A stretch of DNA of 64,000 bases, from NCBI GenBank assembly GCA_043827405.1, contig JBDRPD010000062.1, positions 73,933 to 137,932 on the forward strand. Direction: 5' to 3'. Every line of letters starts with the position of its first letter. Position 1 is the stretch's first letter. The notes beneath the pieces were generated by a model that was not told the DNA's origin, ran no database searches, and was given only the letters and a program-made list of their open reading frames with translations. Made by a program: the position numbers and the translations under genes. Of the stretch, positions 46,261 to 58,830 are shown one piece after another. This DNA is from Elusimicrobiota bacterium (GTDB taxonomy: Bacteria; Elusimicrobiota; Elusimicrobia; UBA1565).

Positions 46261-47923
46261 CGGTCGGGCGCGCGCCATGCTATTGGGAAGCTGCCTCGCT
46301 TTCGCGGGGGCGGCGAATGCGGTGCAGATCGAATACTATGACGGCGCTAAAGGTTTTGCGCCGGCGGGCGAGCCGGCGCCGCCGTTGGAAGTGGCCGCGG
46401 GCCAAGCCTTCGTTCGCTTCGCTGACGGCACGTCCGCAGCCGATAAAGAGAGCAGGGTTTCGTCGTTAAGCGCAAAGATTACAGGCGAGACGGGCGGCGG
46501 CGTCTGGACCTTGGTCGAACTGCCCGCGGGCATGCGGGTCAAGCAGGGAGTCGAAGCTCTGGCCGCTCTGCCCGGCGTGATCACGGCCCAGCCGAACCTG
46601 ATCTTCCGTCTTAACCGGCTGCCCAGCGATCCGCTGGCGCTGAGCCAGTACCACCTTAACAAGACCAACGCTTTCGCCGCCTGGGAATATGATACGGGCG
46701 GTTCGAACGAAGTCACCATAGTGGTGATTGACGCCGGAGTGGACTTCACCCATCCGGACCTTGCCGCCAAGAGGGTCGTCGGCGCCAGCCGAGCCTGTTT
46801 CAATAACCTCGCCTGCGCGGCGGAGGCGCCGGATACGGGCAATGTCGCCTGCAACCATGGGACGCGGGTCGCCGGGGTGGCGGCCGCCTCCGGCGACAAT
46901 GGGCAGTTCGGCGCCGGCCTATCATGGGGCGCCAAGGTCATCTCGGTGCGGATCTTCGATACCGCCGCCTGCAACGATGACTGCGGCCCCGGGACCTGCG
47001 TGACCACCGAAAGCGATGTCGTGCGCGCCATTGACTATGCGACGACGCTGCAAGGCGTCGGCGGCATCGGCAAGGTCGTCATCAATATGAGCATCGGCGG
47101 GCCCTGCGAATGCGGTTCGACGATCAAGCTCGTCGATAGCGCCAATTGCGCGGGCGCCAACGGGGCGATTACGACATCGATTTTCAATGCGCAGGCGGCG
47201 GGCGTGGTCCTGATCGCGGCGGCGGGTAACTATCCGGGCTCTACCAATGGCGGCCCGGTGCAGGCGCCCGGCAACTGCGAGCATGTTATCCCCGTCGGCG
47301 CCACCGACGAAAGCGACAGCGTGGCGGGATTCTCCGCCCGCGGCTCTTCGCTGGCCGCGCACGGCGTGGTCGCGCCCGGCGTTAACGTCCAGACGACCGA
47401 TATCGGCGGCGGCATGGCGGCGGCCAACGGCACCTCGTTCTCGGCGCCCATCGTGGCCGGGGTCGCGGCGCTCATTTTGTCGGCGAACCCGACGATCAGC
47501 ACCACCAGCCTCAAGGCCGCGATGCGCAATTCGGCCGACGGCATCGGGGTGTCGAGCCTGGGCCTGGCGCACGGCGCTTCGGGGACGACGGCCGGCGCCG
47601 GACGGATCAACGCCTTCAAGGCGATGCGGCTGGCGCTGGGCAAGACGACCTTCGAGGGCGACGAGCGGGCCATCGGCTTTCCCAACCCCTTCCGTCCGAC
47701 AACGCATGGGACCGCCACCCTCACGATTCCGTCCGGGCTGCAGGGCAAAAACCCCAAGATCAGGCTCTATACCATGGATGGGAAGCTGGTCCGCGATATG
47801 GGAGCCAATACAACCTGGGACGGACGCAACGACAGCGGGCTGGATGTGGCCACCGGGGTCTACCTGTTTCTGGTGGAAACGGATAAGGGGCAGGAGCGCG
47901 GCCGGATTGCCGTTATCCGTTGA
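46253..47923 (+). CDS. Secreted S8 (subtilisin-like) serine peptidase with a C-terminal FlgD-Ig-like domain
   Basis: Triad VIDAG, HGTRVAG, GTSFSAP; AAAGN; tail FPNPF...LYTMDGKLVR...WDGRN...GVY; AGGAG before GTG 46253. Confidence 0.92.
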   Translation: MFNGRARAMLLGSCLAFAGAANAVQIEYYDGAKGFAPAGEPAPPLEVAAGQAFVRFADGTSAADKESRVSSLSAKITGETGGGVWTLVELPAGMRVKQGVEALAALPGVITAQPNLIFRLNRLPSDPLALSQYHLNKTNAFAAWEYDTGGSNEVTIVVIDAGVDFTHPDLAAKRVVGASRACFNNLACAAEAPDTGNVACNHGTRVAGVAAASGDNGQFGAGLSWGAKVISVRIFDTAACNDDCGPGTCVTTESDVVRAIDYATTLQGVGGIGKVVINMSIGGPCECGSTIKLVDSANCAGANGAITTSIFNAQAAGVVLIAAAGNYPGSTNGGPVQAPGNCEHVIPVGATDESDSVAGFSARGSSLAAHGVVAPGVNVQTTDIGGGMAAANGTSFSAPIVAGVAALILSANPTISTTSLKAAMRNSADGIGVSSLGLAHGASGTTAGAGRINAFKAMRLALGKTTFEGDERAIGFPNPFRPTTHGTATLTIPSGLQGKNPKIRLYTMDGKLVRDMGANTTWDGRNDSGLDVATGVYLFLVETDKGQERGRIAVIR

Positions 47924-48286
47924 ATGGACCGAGGTTTTTTGATAGCGTTTAACCGCACGCGTGAACGCCGGATCGCCGCGAAAGTGACCCGGGCGGACAC
48001 GTTGGAAACACGCAGCCGCGGGCTTCTCGGCAAGTCGCGGATGGACCCGGAAGAGGGGCTGTGGATCGATCCGTGTCCCATGATCCACACCTTTTTTATG
48101 CGGTTTTCGATCGACGTTCTGTTTCTGGACAAGGGACTTCGTGTTCGCCGCGTAATGGAAAACTTGCGGCCGTGGCGGCTTTCCCCATGGGTGTTCACCG
48201 CGCAGAGCGTGCTCGAGCTCCCGGGGGGCAAGCTGCGGGGGTCGGTCGTCAAAGGCGACGTACTGGAGTTTCAGCACGATGAGTGA
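47924..48286 (+). CDS. DUF192 family protein
   Basis: ADT...R.RGLLG, IHTFFMRFSIDVLFLD, VLELP.G. Confidence 0.88.
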   Translation: MDRGFLIAFNRTRERRIAAKVTRADTLETRSRGLLGKSRMDPEEGLWIDPCPMIHTFFMRFSIDVLFLDKGLRVRRVMENLRPWRLSPWVFTAQSVLELPGGKLRGSVVKGDVLEFQHDE

Positions 48287-49886
48287 AGCCGAAAATGCGG
48301 AATTTATAACGCCTGCGGGCATCGAGATCCGGCGCGCCTACGACGCCGCCGATCGCGATACGCGCGACCCGCAGTACGAAGCCGCCAAGCTCGGACGAGC
48401 CGGCGAGGCGCCTTTTACCCGCGGCATCCAGAAGACGATGTACCGCGGGCGTCTGTGGACGATGCGCCAGTATGCGGGCTTCGGGACCGCCGAGCAGACC
48501 AATGAGCGCTTTCGTTGGCTGCTCGAGCAGGGCCAGACCGGCCTGTCGGTCGCTTTTGACCTGCCGACTCAGATGGGCTACGACGCCGATCAGCCGCCGG
48601 CTGCCGGCGAGGTCGGGCGCGTCGGCGTCAATATTCAGACGCTCGACGACATGGAGGCGCTGTTCGACGGCATTCCGCTCGATAAGGTTTCGACCTCGAT
48701 GACCATCAATGCGACGGCGCCGGTCCTGCTCGCGATGTACTCGGCGGTCGCCAAGAAGCAGGGCGCGGCGGTCGACTCCCTGCGCGGCACGGTGCAAAAC
48801 GATATCCTCAAGGAGTACCTCGCCCGCGGGACCTACATCTACCCTATCGACCAAGGCATGCGCCTCGCGGCGGACACCATCGAGCATGCGACGCGCCATA
48901 TGCCGCAGTGGTATCCGATCTCCATCTCCGGCTATCATATCCGCGAGGCGGGAGCGGACGCCGTCCAGGAGCTCGCCTTCACTTTGGGCGACGCCGAAGC
49001 CTATATCCGCGAGCTGCTCGATCGCGGGCTCGCCATCGACGATTTCGCGCCGCGCCTGACCTTCTTTTTCGGCTGCCACAACCACATCCTCGAAGAGATC
49101 GCGAAGTTCCGCGCGGCGCGGCGCATCTGGCATCGGATGATGACCGAAGAGTACGGCGCCAAGGATCCGCGGAGCTTCAAGCTGCGCTTTCACGTGCAGA
49201 CCTGCGGCTCGACGCTTACCAGCCGCCAGCCGCAAAACAACGTCATGCGGGTGGCCCTGCAGGCGCTGGCCGCCGCGCTGGGCGGCTGCCAATCCCTGCA
49301 TACCAACTCCTATGACGAAGCCCTCGCCCTGCCGACCCAGGAATCGGCCGAGATCGCGCTGCGTACGCAGCAGATCCTGGCGTTCGAGACCGGCATCGCC
49401 GATACCGTCGATCCGCTGGCCGGGGCCTATGCGATTGAAGCGCTGACCGATGAGATGGAGGAGAAGGTCATGGCGACCCTCAAGCGCGTGCGCGAGCTGG
49501 GCGGGATGCGGACGGCGATAGCCAAGGGCGTCGCGCAGCAGGAGATTCAGGAGTCCTCCTACCGCTATCAGATGGACATCGAGCGCCGCCGGCGCCGCAT
49601 CGTGGGCGTCAACTGCTACGAAGGCGGCGGGGAGGCGGACGTGCGCCCGGACCTGCTCAAAGTCTCGCCCAAGATCGAGCAGGAGCGGCGGGCTCATCTC
49701 GCCGCGTTCCGTCGCCGGCGCGCCGGCAAGGCGGCCGAGCGCGCGCTCAAGGAGCTCGCCGCCGCGTCCGGCGCACCGCAAGAGAACCTTTATCCGCATA
49801 TCCTCCACTGCGTAGAATCCCGCGCTTCGTTGGGCGAAATCTGCGACACACTCCGCAAGCAATTCGGGGAATACCATGGCAGTTAA
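48279..49886 (+). CDS. Methylmalonyl-CoA mutase, substrate-binding large subunit
   Basis: PFTRG, WTMRQYAGFG, GLSVAFDLPTQ, QNDILKEYLARG, SISGYHIREAG, QSLHTN; Tyr and Arg specificity residues of MCM present. Confidence 0.93.
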   Translation: MSEAENAEFITPAGIEIRRAYDAADRDTRDPQYEAAKLGRAGEAPFTRGIQKTMYRGRLWTMRQYAGFGTAEQTNERFRWLLEQGQTGLSVAFDLPTQMGYDADQPPAAGEVGRVGVNIQTLDDMEALFDGIPLDKVSTSMTINATAPVLLAMYSAVAKKQGAAVDSLRGTVQNDILKEYLARGTYIYPIDQGMRLAADTIEHATRHMPQWYPISISGYHIREAGADAVQELAFTLGDAEAYIRELLDRGLAIDDFAPRLTFFFGCHNHILEEIAKFRAARRIWHRMMTEEYGAKDPRSFKLRFHVQTCGSTLTSRQPQNNVMRVALQALAAALGGCQSLHTNSYDEALALPTQESAEIALRTQQILAFETGIADTVDPLAGAYAIEALTDEMEEKVMATLKRVRELGGMRTAIAKGVAQQEIQESSYRYQMDIERRRRRIVGVNCYEGGGEADVRPDLLKVSPKIEQERRAHLAAFRRRRAGKAAERALKELAAASGAPQENLYPHILHCVESRASLGEICDTLRKQFGEYHGS

Positions 49887-51723
49887 GGGACTGGCGCGGC
49901 GCAAGACCGTCGCGGAGATCGTACAGGAGCGCAAGCTTGTCAGCGACAAGGATTTTAAGAAGGCGCAGCTCGAAGCCGACCAGAAGAGCATGTCGCTGCA
50001 GGAAGCTCTTATCGAGCTCAAGGCGATCAATAAGGCCAAGCTCCTGAAGGTCCTGTCGGAGGACTGGCAGGTCAAGGCGGTGGATGTCAGCCAGATGGAG
50101 ATTGACGATGAGGTCGTCAAGATCCTCCCCGAGGCGGTGGCTAAACGGCACCAGGCGATCCCGTTCGCCAAGGAAGAGTCCATCCTGTTCGTCGCCATGG
50201 CCGATCCCAAAGATTTCTTTGTGACCGAAGATATCCAGCTGCGTACGGGCCTCGAGATTCAGCCCTATCTGGCGATGCCGTGGGACATTATCGCGGCGAT
50301 CGATACGGCCTACGGCCACGCCGGCGGCGGCAAGAACAGCGACGAGGCTCTTGAGACTTTGATGGAGGACGTGGGGGCGGATGGCCCGCCGGAAGACTCC
50401 GACGGCATCGAGCGGGCCGAGGAGGTCTCCGACATTTCCGACGTCGACGCCTCGGCGCCCGAGGTGGAGAAGTGGGTCAACGCGATATTTCTCGCCGCGC
50501 TTAAGGCCAAGGCCTCGGATATTCACATCGAGCCCTTTGAGGATCCATCGGGCAAGCACAACCGCATTCTCCTGCGCTTTCGCACCGACGGCGTCCTTAA
50601 GTCCGGACCGTTCAAGATCCCATGGGCCTACCGACAGGCTATTTCGGCCAAGCTCAAGATTCTAACCAACTCGATGAACCTGACCGAGCGGCGCATCCCG
50701 CAGTCGGGCCGCATCCAAATCCTCGCCGGCGGCAACCCTATCGAGTTCCGCGTTGAAATCGTTCCCACTGTTTACGGCGAATCGGCCGTGCTGCGTATTC
50801 TCGACCGCCGTTCCATTCAGGTCGACATCGAAGTCATGGGCTTTATGGACGATACCAAGGCCAACCTTCTCGGCATGCTCCAGGGCATCGGCGGCAAGAA
50901 GAACTTCGGCCTCATCCTGGTCTGCGGCCCGACGGGTTCCGGAAAATCCACGACGCTCTATTCGTGCCTCAACTACATCAACCGCCCCGACATCAAGATC
51001 CTGACCGCCGAGAACCCCGTCGAATACAACCTCGACGGCGTCATCCAGGTACCGGTCAACCCGGACTTGAAGCTCGGCGGCAACAAGTGCTTCGACTTCG
51101 CGGCGGCGCTGCGCTCATTTCTGCGTCTCGACCCGGACGTCATCATGGTCGGTGAAATTCGCGACGGTGAGACGGCGCATATCGCCATGGAGGCCGCGAT
51201 GACCGGTCACTTGGTGTTCTCGACGATTCACACCAATGACTCGACGTCGACCCTGTCGCGTATCGCCGAAATGGGCGTGCCGACCTATATGGTCGCCTCG
51301 ACGATGAAGGCGATCCTTGCCCAGCGTCTCGGCCGCCGCATCTGCAAAGACTGCAAGGTCGAGGTCGATATGAAGGCGGAGGAGGTCGAGATCTTCAAGG
51401 AGTATGGAGTCGAGCCGCCGGAGAACAGAAAGCTGTGGAAGGGCGCGGGCTGCGAAAGCTGCAAGGATTCCGGCTTTAAGGGCCGGTTGGGCTTTCACGA
51501 GCTTCTCGTTATGGTCGACGATATCCGCAAGCAGTGCCTGATCAGTTTGGCGTCGACCGATGTCCTGCCGGTCGCCATAAAGCACAGCCCCGATTTCCGC
51601 ACCATCATGCAGGACGGTCTCGAGAAGGTCAGGATGGGCTGGACCACGGTCCGTGAGGTGCTCGGCGGGCAGCAGGACGAAGAGGAAGAGGAGCCGAAGC
51701 CCGTCGAGGAGGAGAAGAAATAA
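49876..51723 (+). CDS. pilB: GspE/PilB-family secretion/pilus assembly ATPase
   Basis: ASDIHIEP, GPTGSGKSTT, AENPVE, LRLDPDVIMVGEIRD, TGHLVFSTIH, CKDC...CESC zinc motif. Confidence 0.9.
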   Translation: MAVKGLARRKTVAEIVQERKLVSDKDFKKAQLEADQKSMSLQEALIELKAINKAKLLKVLSEDWQVKAVDVSQMEIDDEVVKILPEAVAKRHQAIPFAKEESILFVAMADPKDFFVTEDIQLRTGLEIQPYLAMPWDIIAAIDTAYGHAGGGKNSDEALETLMEDVGADGPPEDSDGIERAEEVSDISDVDASAPEVEKWVNAIFLAALKAKASDIHIEPFEDPSGKHNRILLRFRTDGVLKSGPFKIPWAYRQAISAKLKILTNSMNLTERRIPQSGRIQILAGGNPIEFRVEIVPTVYGESAVLRILDRRSIQVDIEVMGFMDDTKANLLGMLQGIGGKKNFGLILVCGPTGSGKSTTLYSCLNYINRPDIKILTAENPVEYNLDGVIQVPVNPDLKLGGNKCFDFAAALRSFLRLDPDVIMVGEIRDGETAHIAMEAAMTGHLVFSTIHTNDSTSTLSRIAEMGVPTYMVASTMKAILAQRLGRRICKDCKVEVDMKAEEVEIFKEYGVEPPENRKLWKGAGCESCKDSGFKGRLGFHELLVMVDDIRKQCLISLASTDVLPVAIKHSPDFRTIMQDGLEKVRMGWTTVREVLGGQQDEEEEEPKPVEEEKK

Positions 51724-52838
51724 TGGAAACTCCCAACAACGGAGCCGCCAGCCAGGCCGACGGGTCGGTGCACGATACGGCGCTCGCGCTCGAGCTGTTC
51801 TCTATCGCCGGCTCTCTCAACTCGACTCCCGATCTGGACTATCTGCTGGAAAAGATCGGCGCCGCGGCCGAGCGGCTGCTGGATTCGGACGCCAGCGCGA
51901 CCATGCTCCTTACCGACGACAAGAAGAGCTTGTACTTCAAGGTCGCCGGCGGCGAAGCCGGCAAGAAGCTGAAAAAAATGACGCTCCCCGTCGGCCAGGG
52001 CATCGCCGGCTGGGTGGCTCAGCACGGCAAGCCCGAGATCGTTCCCGACACCACCGTGGACGAACGCTTTGCCGGGCAGTTCGACAAGAAATCCGGCTTC
52101 ATCACCAAGAGCTTGATCTGCGTGCCGATGTTCTTCCGCGGCGAGCTGATCGGCGTCGCCGAAGTGCTCAATAAGCGCAACGGAACCTATACCGAGAAAG
52201 ATGTGAGCCTGCTCTCCAGCGTCGCCAGCCTGGCTTCGGTGGCGATCACCAATACCCGCATCATCCAGGAGCAGAAGAACTTTTTCTCGCATGTGCTTGA
52301 GCTGCTGGTAAGCATGATCGAGGTCTCGCAGCCTAATATGCTCGAGCATCCCAACCGGTCCGCGCGCCTGGCGTGCGCCGTCGCCCGCGCCCTGGGCTAC
52401 GACGAGTACCAGTACCGGATGGTGTATTACGCGGGGCTCCTGCATGATATCGGCTTCGTCGGCTTCAAGAATCCGAAAATCCTCGCTGATATGGGGATCA
52501 GCAAACCCGTCATGGAGGTGCATCCGATAATCTCCTTCAAGATGCTGCAGGGCATCAAGATGCTGGAGGGCGCCCTGCCGATCATAAAGCACCACCATGA
52601 GACCTACGACGGCAACGGCTATCCCGGACGGCTCAAAGGCGAGGAGATCCCCGAAGGCGCGCGCATCCTCGGCTGCACCGAGGCTTTGGAAGACCTGCGG
52701 CTGCTGGGCGGGCTGAAGCATGCCGAGCTCTATGCGCGCGGTATCAAGGAGCTCAAGGACGGCAAAGGTGCCCGCTTCGATCCCAATATCGCTGATGTTA
52801 TGGTCCAGATTCTCGAGACGCAGGAGGGCTTGTGGTAG
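51723..52838 (+). CDS. GAF + HD-GYP domain protein (cyclic dinucleotide phosphodiesterase-like)
   Basis: GIAGWV...DERF...LICVP...[32 protein letters not shown]. Confidence 0.9.
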   Translation: METPNNGAASQADGSVHDTALALELFSIAGSLNSTPDLDYLLEKIGAAAERLLDSDASATMLLTDDKKSLYFKVAGGEAGKKLKKMTLPVGQGIAGWVAQHGKPEIVPDTTVDERFAGQFDKKSGFITKSLICVPMFFRGELIGVAEVLNKRNGTYTEKDVSLLSSVASLASVAITNTRIIQEQKNFFSHVLELLVSMIEVSQPNMLEHPNRSARLACAVARALGYDEYQYRMVYYAGLLHDIGFVGFKNPKILADMGISKPVMEVHPIISFKMLQGIKMLEGALPIIKHHHETYDGNGYPGRLKGEEIPEGARILGCTEALEDLRLLGGLKHAELYARGIKELKDGKGARFDPNIADVMVQILETQEGLW

Positions 52839-53302
52839 ACACAAAAAAACGCCGTATCCTGATCGCGAAACCGGGCCTGGACGGCCATGACCGCGGCGCG
52901 AAGGTGATCGTTCGCTCCCTGCGGGATGCGGGCTTTGAGGTGATCTATACCGGTATCCGTCAGACCGCGGAGATGATAGCGCGTACGGCGCTGCAGGAAG
53001 ACGTGGACGCCGTCGGACTGTCGCTGCTGTCGGGTTCGCATATGACGCTGTTTCCGAAGGTGATCGAGCTGCTGAAGAAAAGCGGACTCGACAATGTGCT
53101 GGTGCTCGGCGGCGGCATTATCCCCGATGAGGATGTTCCCCTGCTGAAGAAAAAGGGTGTCGCCGAGGTTTTTGGCCCAGGCACCTCGACCGACGATATC
53201 GTGAGCTTCCTGCGCGCTCGCTTTGCGCAGGAGGCGGCACCGTCCAAGCCACGGGCCTCCGCCAAGAAGAAGAAAAAGAAGTCCCGGAATGCCGGCCGCT
53301 AA
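52832..53302 (+). CDS. Cobalamin-binding small subunit of acyl-CoA mutase
   Basis: [10 protein letters not shown] (DxHxxG), GLSLLSG, GGIIP, FGPGT. Confidence 0.95.
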   Translation: MVDTKKRRILIAKPGLDGHDRGAKVIVRSLRDAGFEVIYTGIRQTAEMIARTALQEDVDAVGLSLLSGSHMTLFPKVIELLKKSGLDNVLVLGGGIIPDEDVPLLKKKGVAEVFGPGTSTDDIVSFLRARFAQEAAPSKPRASAKKKKKKSRNAGR

Positions 53303-54248
53303 GGCTCAGCCTACCGATCCCGCCCGGCTGGCGGAGCGTGTATGCGCCGGCGATCCGGCGGCGCTTGCCCGGGCGCTGACTTGGGTTACCAACGAGTCCG
53401 CGGGCCACGAGCAGGTCAGCCGCGCTTTGTTCGCCAGCCACGGCCGCTCGCACAAGGTCGGCCTGTGCGGGGCGCCGGGCAGCGGCAAGTCCTCGCTCGT
53501 CAGCCGCCTGGTGAGCTGGTACCGCCGGAGCGGCCGCACGGTGGGCGTCCTCGCGGTCGATCCGACGAGTCCCTTTACCGGCGGTGCTTTTCTCGGCGAC
53601 CGGCTGCGCATTCAAGAGCATGCGCTCGACGAGGGCGTCTTCATGCGCAGCCTCGCGACGCGGGGAATGATGGGGGGGCTCAACGCCAATATTTTCGGCG
53701 CCATTCATGTGCTGGAGGCCTATGGCTTCGACGTCGTCATCATCGAGACTGTGGGTACCGGGCAGGACGAGGTGGATATCGCGGAAGTGGCCGATACTGT
53801 GGTTTGCGTTACGGCGCCCTACCAAGGGGACGAATACCAGGCGATGAAGGCGGGCGCGATGGAGATCGCCGATGTTTTCGCGGTCAATAAGGCGGACCTC
53901 GAAGAGGTGGACCGCGCGGTGGCGGCGCTGCGCGACGCCTTGAGCCTGGGCGAGCAGGATGAGAACGCGTGGTCCAGCACGGTCATGGCGGTCTCGGCGC
54001 TCACCGGGCGCGGCATCGATGAGCTGTGTGCCCGGATCGAGGAGCATCGCGAGTTTCTGGCCTCTTCCCCGGAGGGGCGGGAGCGCAAGCGCAAGCAGCT
54101 GCGCCGGGAGCTGTCGCTGCTGATTTCCAAGCGTATCTACCGCGATACGCTTGAACGCATTACCGACCGGCACCTCGAGCAGCTGCTCGAGAAGAAGACC
54201 GACCCGCACACGCTGGGGCGGCGGCTCATACGGGCGGACAAAAAATGA
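53289..54248 (+). CDS. meaB: Methylmalonyl-CoA mutase-associated GTPase
   Basis: [32 protein letters not shown]. Confidence 0.93.
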   Translation: MPAAKAQPTDPARLAERVCAGDPAALARALTWVTNESAGHEQVSRALFASHGRSHKVGLCGAPGSGKSSLVSRLVSWYRRSGRTVGVLAVDPTSPFTGGAFLGDRLRIQEHALDEGVFMRSLATRGMMGGLNANIFGAIHVLEAYGFDVVIIETVGTGQDEVDIAEVADTVVCVTAPYQGDEYQAMKAGAMEIADVFAVNKADLEEVDRAVAALRDALSLGEQDENAWSSTVMAVSALTGRGIDELCARIEEHREFLASSPEGRERKRKQLRRELSLLISKRIYRDTLERITDRHLEQLLEKKTDPHTLGRRLIRADKK

Positions 54249-54663
54249 AGATCGACCACGTGGGCATCGCCGTCAAGGATATCGAGAGCGCCATACGGTT
54301 TTATGCCGAGTCGTTCGGAATGCGGGTTCTGCATCGCGAGGAAGTGGCGAGCCAGCAGGTGCGTGTGGCTTTTCTCGCCGGCAACGCCGGCGAAGCCTCG
54401 GTGGAGCTGCTGGAGCCCGTCGGGAGCGGCGGCGCGATCGCGCGTTTTATTGAGCAGCGCGGTCCGGGCATACACCATCTCGCGCTGCATACCGACCGGA
54501 TCACCGAGGATATGACGCGGCTGCGAGCGGGGGGGACGCCGCCCATTGAGGACGCTCCCCGTCCCGGCGCCCGCGGTCATAAGGTTTGTTTCCTGCACCC
54601 CAAGCACTGCGAAGGCACGCTTATAGAATTGGTGGACGATAGTCTGACGCCAAGAGAGGCGGC

Positions 54664-54667
<4 letters not shown>
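54245..54667 (+). CDS. mce: Methylmalonyl-CoA epimerase
   Basis: IDHVGIAV, ELLEP, GIHHLA, FLHPK...GTLIEL. Confidence 0.93.
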
Positions 54668-56197
<1,530 letters not shown>

Positions 56198-56217
<20 letters not shown>

Positions 56218-58006
56218 CGGCGGGAAGGTACTCGTCTGCGCGGCCGGCGCGGCGGTGCCTATCGCTTTTTCCCCGTGGTTGAACTCCGTATTCATCCTGC
56301 CTAAGGCCGCGGTCTGCGCGGCCGCGGTCACCGTCTTCGTCGGCCTGCTGCTGCGCGACGGCGGCTGGCGGGAGCTGCGGACTTCCGTGGACTTGCCGCT
56401 GTTCGCTTTCATCGCCGCCGCAGCGCTGTCGGCGGTCGTTTCGCTCGATCCCCGGCTGAGCTGGTTCGGACAGGAGCAGGACATTCTTTTCTGTATGGCC
56501 GGTATCGCCGGCTGCGCGGCGGCCTTCTATCTGGGAGCGTGGGCGGGGCGGCAGGGAGCGCTGCCGGCGCTCATTCTGTGGACGGTGGCGGCCGCCGTGC
56601 CGGTCGCCTTCCTGGCGGTTCTGCAAGCGGGAGATTTGGACGTTTTCCGGGCCACGATCTGGAGTACCGACCGCCGGGTCACCTCCACGTTCGGCAACCC
56701 CATGGTCCTGGGCACCTATCTCGCGTTGGTCGCTCCGTGCGCGCTGCATCTCGGAATCCAGAGCGGCGCGCGACGTTGGATGGGGGTCGCGAGCGGCGGT
56801 CTGGCCGCCGGCGCGCTGTTTCTGACCGGTTCGCGCGGTGCCTGGGCGGGAGCCGCCGGCGGGGTGGCGCTCTACTTGGTCGCGCGTCTTCTCCATCGCG
56901 GCGGCTTGCGCAGCGCGGAGCGCAGAAAATCCGCAGGCCGGTTCCTGGCGGCGACCATGGGTGCGGCGGTCCTGGCCGCAGTATTCGCCGGGGTCTTTTT
57001 TTCGGGGGCGGTCAAAATGCGGAAAGTCTCCGAAATGCGGGGAAGCGACAGCGCCCGTATGGAGATATGGAAGATGGCGCTGGCCGAGTTCGCCGCGCAT
57101 CCCCTGCTGGGCTCTGGAACGAATACTTTCGCGATAACTTTTTCTTGGCGCCAGAGCGAGGCGCTGTCTCGAATCTATACCAGCAGCGCCGGACAGAACA
57201 GCGCCCACAACGACTGGCTGCAGGTTCTCTCGACTATGGGAGCGGCGGGTGTTCTCGCTTATGCCTGGCTGCATCTGGCGCTGCTGCTGGCCGCCGCGCG
57301 CGCTCTGCGCGAAGATCCGCGGGGAGACTGGACGGCGGCGGCGGCGGCGGTGCTCGCCGTGCTGATCCAAGCGAAATTCAATACCCCGACCTTCGCCGTT
57401 GCTTGGCTGGCCGCGGTTTTCGCGGGCGGCGTCGCCGCCGGGGCGAAAATGTCCGGTTCCAAGGGTCGGGCGCGGATTCCCGTGGTGCTGCTGGCGGCGG
57501 CCGCCGTGCTGTTCGTGCTGACAACGGCCGGTATGCTTGTCGCCGACCGGCAGGATTATCTCGGACGCCGGGCGCGCTCCGAGGGGAGGATGCGCGATGC
57601 CGCCGCGCATTTTCGCCGTGCCGTGGCCTGGAATCCGGAAATGGATGAGTATCGGTTCGACCTGGCAAACCTGCTGTGGGATGTCGCGGGCGGCGGCGAG
57701 CCGCCGGTCGACCGCGCCGCCGCGAGGGTCTATCTCCTTGCCGCCGCGGAGACGGCACAGGAGGGCCTGCGCCGGCACCCGTACAGTCTCAATCTGCACC
57801 GTCTATTGGGACTGGCGGAACTGCGCCGGACGCAGTGGGGGGGGGAGGATCGCGCCGCCGAAGCGCGCGCGACGTTGGAACGGGCGCTGGATTTGGGGCC
57901 GAACTATAGGTATACCCTGTGGGACCTTAAACAGGTGACGAAGCTGCAGGGAGATAAACGGCGCACGCGAGAGCTGGAGTCGCGCCTCGAGCGCTTGGGA
58001 TATTAG
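56198..58006 (+). CDS. O-antigen ligase/oligosaccharyltransferase (Wzy_C) family protein with TPR-like tail
   Basis: STFGNP, TGSRGAW, R..IWK, PLLGSG, AHNDWLQ; many TM helices. Confidence 0.85.
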
Positions 58007-58016
58007 GGTGGGTACC

Positions 58017-58778
58017 ATGCTTCTGGCAATCGATATCGGGAATACGAACATCACCTGCGGAGTGTTTCGCGGCGCAACGTTGGTGCGCAACTGGCGGCTG
58101 ACGACCAATGTGGACCGGACGGCGCACGCCTATGAACGTGACATGCGCCGTAAGCTGGGACGGAAGCATCCCATCGATGCGGTCGTATGTGGAAGTGTGG
58201 TGCCGCGTTTGAAATCGGTATTTGTTGAGGTCGCGCGCAGCCTGTCCGGCCGGGCGCCCGCTGCGGTGACGCCGCGCAGTGCTCTCGGCATAAAGCTGCG
58301 TGTCGACCGTCCGTCCGAGGTCGGTGCCGACCGGCTCATTAATGCGCTGGCGGCGTGCCGGAAATACGGCGGTCCAGCGATCGTTCTGGATTTTGGGACG
58401 GCGACAACCTTCGACTGCATATCCCGGCGTGCCGAGTACCTGGGCGGAGCCATCCTTCCCGGACCGGACCTCTCTTCACGGGCGTTGTCGCTGCATACCG
58501 CACAGCTGCCGCGCGTCAAGATGCGCCGCACGCGGAGGGTGATTGGGAAAAATACCATTGAATGCATCCAGGCGGGGCTGTATCACGGCTATGCGGGCAT
58601 GATAACTCATGTTTTGGACCGTTCCATCGCCGAGATGCGGCCGGGCAAGGATCGCGTGCGAGTCATAGCGACCGGCGGTTTGGCGCGGATGTTTGTCAGG
58701 GAAGTACCGCGCATCGATGTCGTTGAGCCCGACCTGACGCTGCATGGTTTGCGTTTGGCGTACGAGTTAATTTGTTAA
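58017..58778 (+). CDS. coaX: Type III pantothenate kinase
   Basis: AIDIGNT, SVVP, VGADR, DFGTATT, IATGG, LTLHGL. Confidence 0.95.
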   Translation: MLLAIDIGNTNITCGVFRGATLVRNWRLTTNVDRTAHAYERDMRRKLGRKHPIDAVVCGSVVPRLKSVFVEVARSLSGRAPAAVTPRSALGIKLRVDRPSEVGADRLINALAACRKYGGPAIVLDFGTATTFDCISRRAEYLGGAILPGPDLSSRALSLHTAQLPRVKMRRTRRVIGKNTIECIQAGLYHGYAGMITHVLDRSIAEMRPGKDRVRVIATGGLARMFVREVPRIDVVEPDLTLHGLRLAYELIC

Positions 58779-58793
58779 CATGTCTTGGGTATA

Positions 58794-58814
58794 TGTGCAT
58801 AACCCTGTGGATAA
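58794..58814 (-). promoter_or_regulatory. Two tandem DnaA boxes
   Basis: TGTGCATAA-ccc-TGTGGATAA, the reverse complements of TTATGCACA and TTATCCACA. Confidence 0.55.
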
Positions 58815-58830
58815 GCCGCGGGGGGGTAAT

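Noticed and set aside
48249..50210. Long antisense ORFs (653 aa here; also 13814-15244, 31914-33329, 56189-57799 and others)
   Set aside because: Shadow frames opposite well-supported genes, expected in GC-rich DNA; no recognisable motifs.
58780..58830. Replication origin
   Set aside because: Only two DnaA boxes in a 52-bp gap; no dnaA/dnaN and no extended unwinding element.
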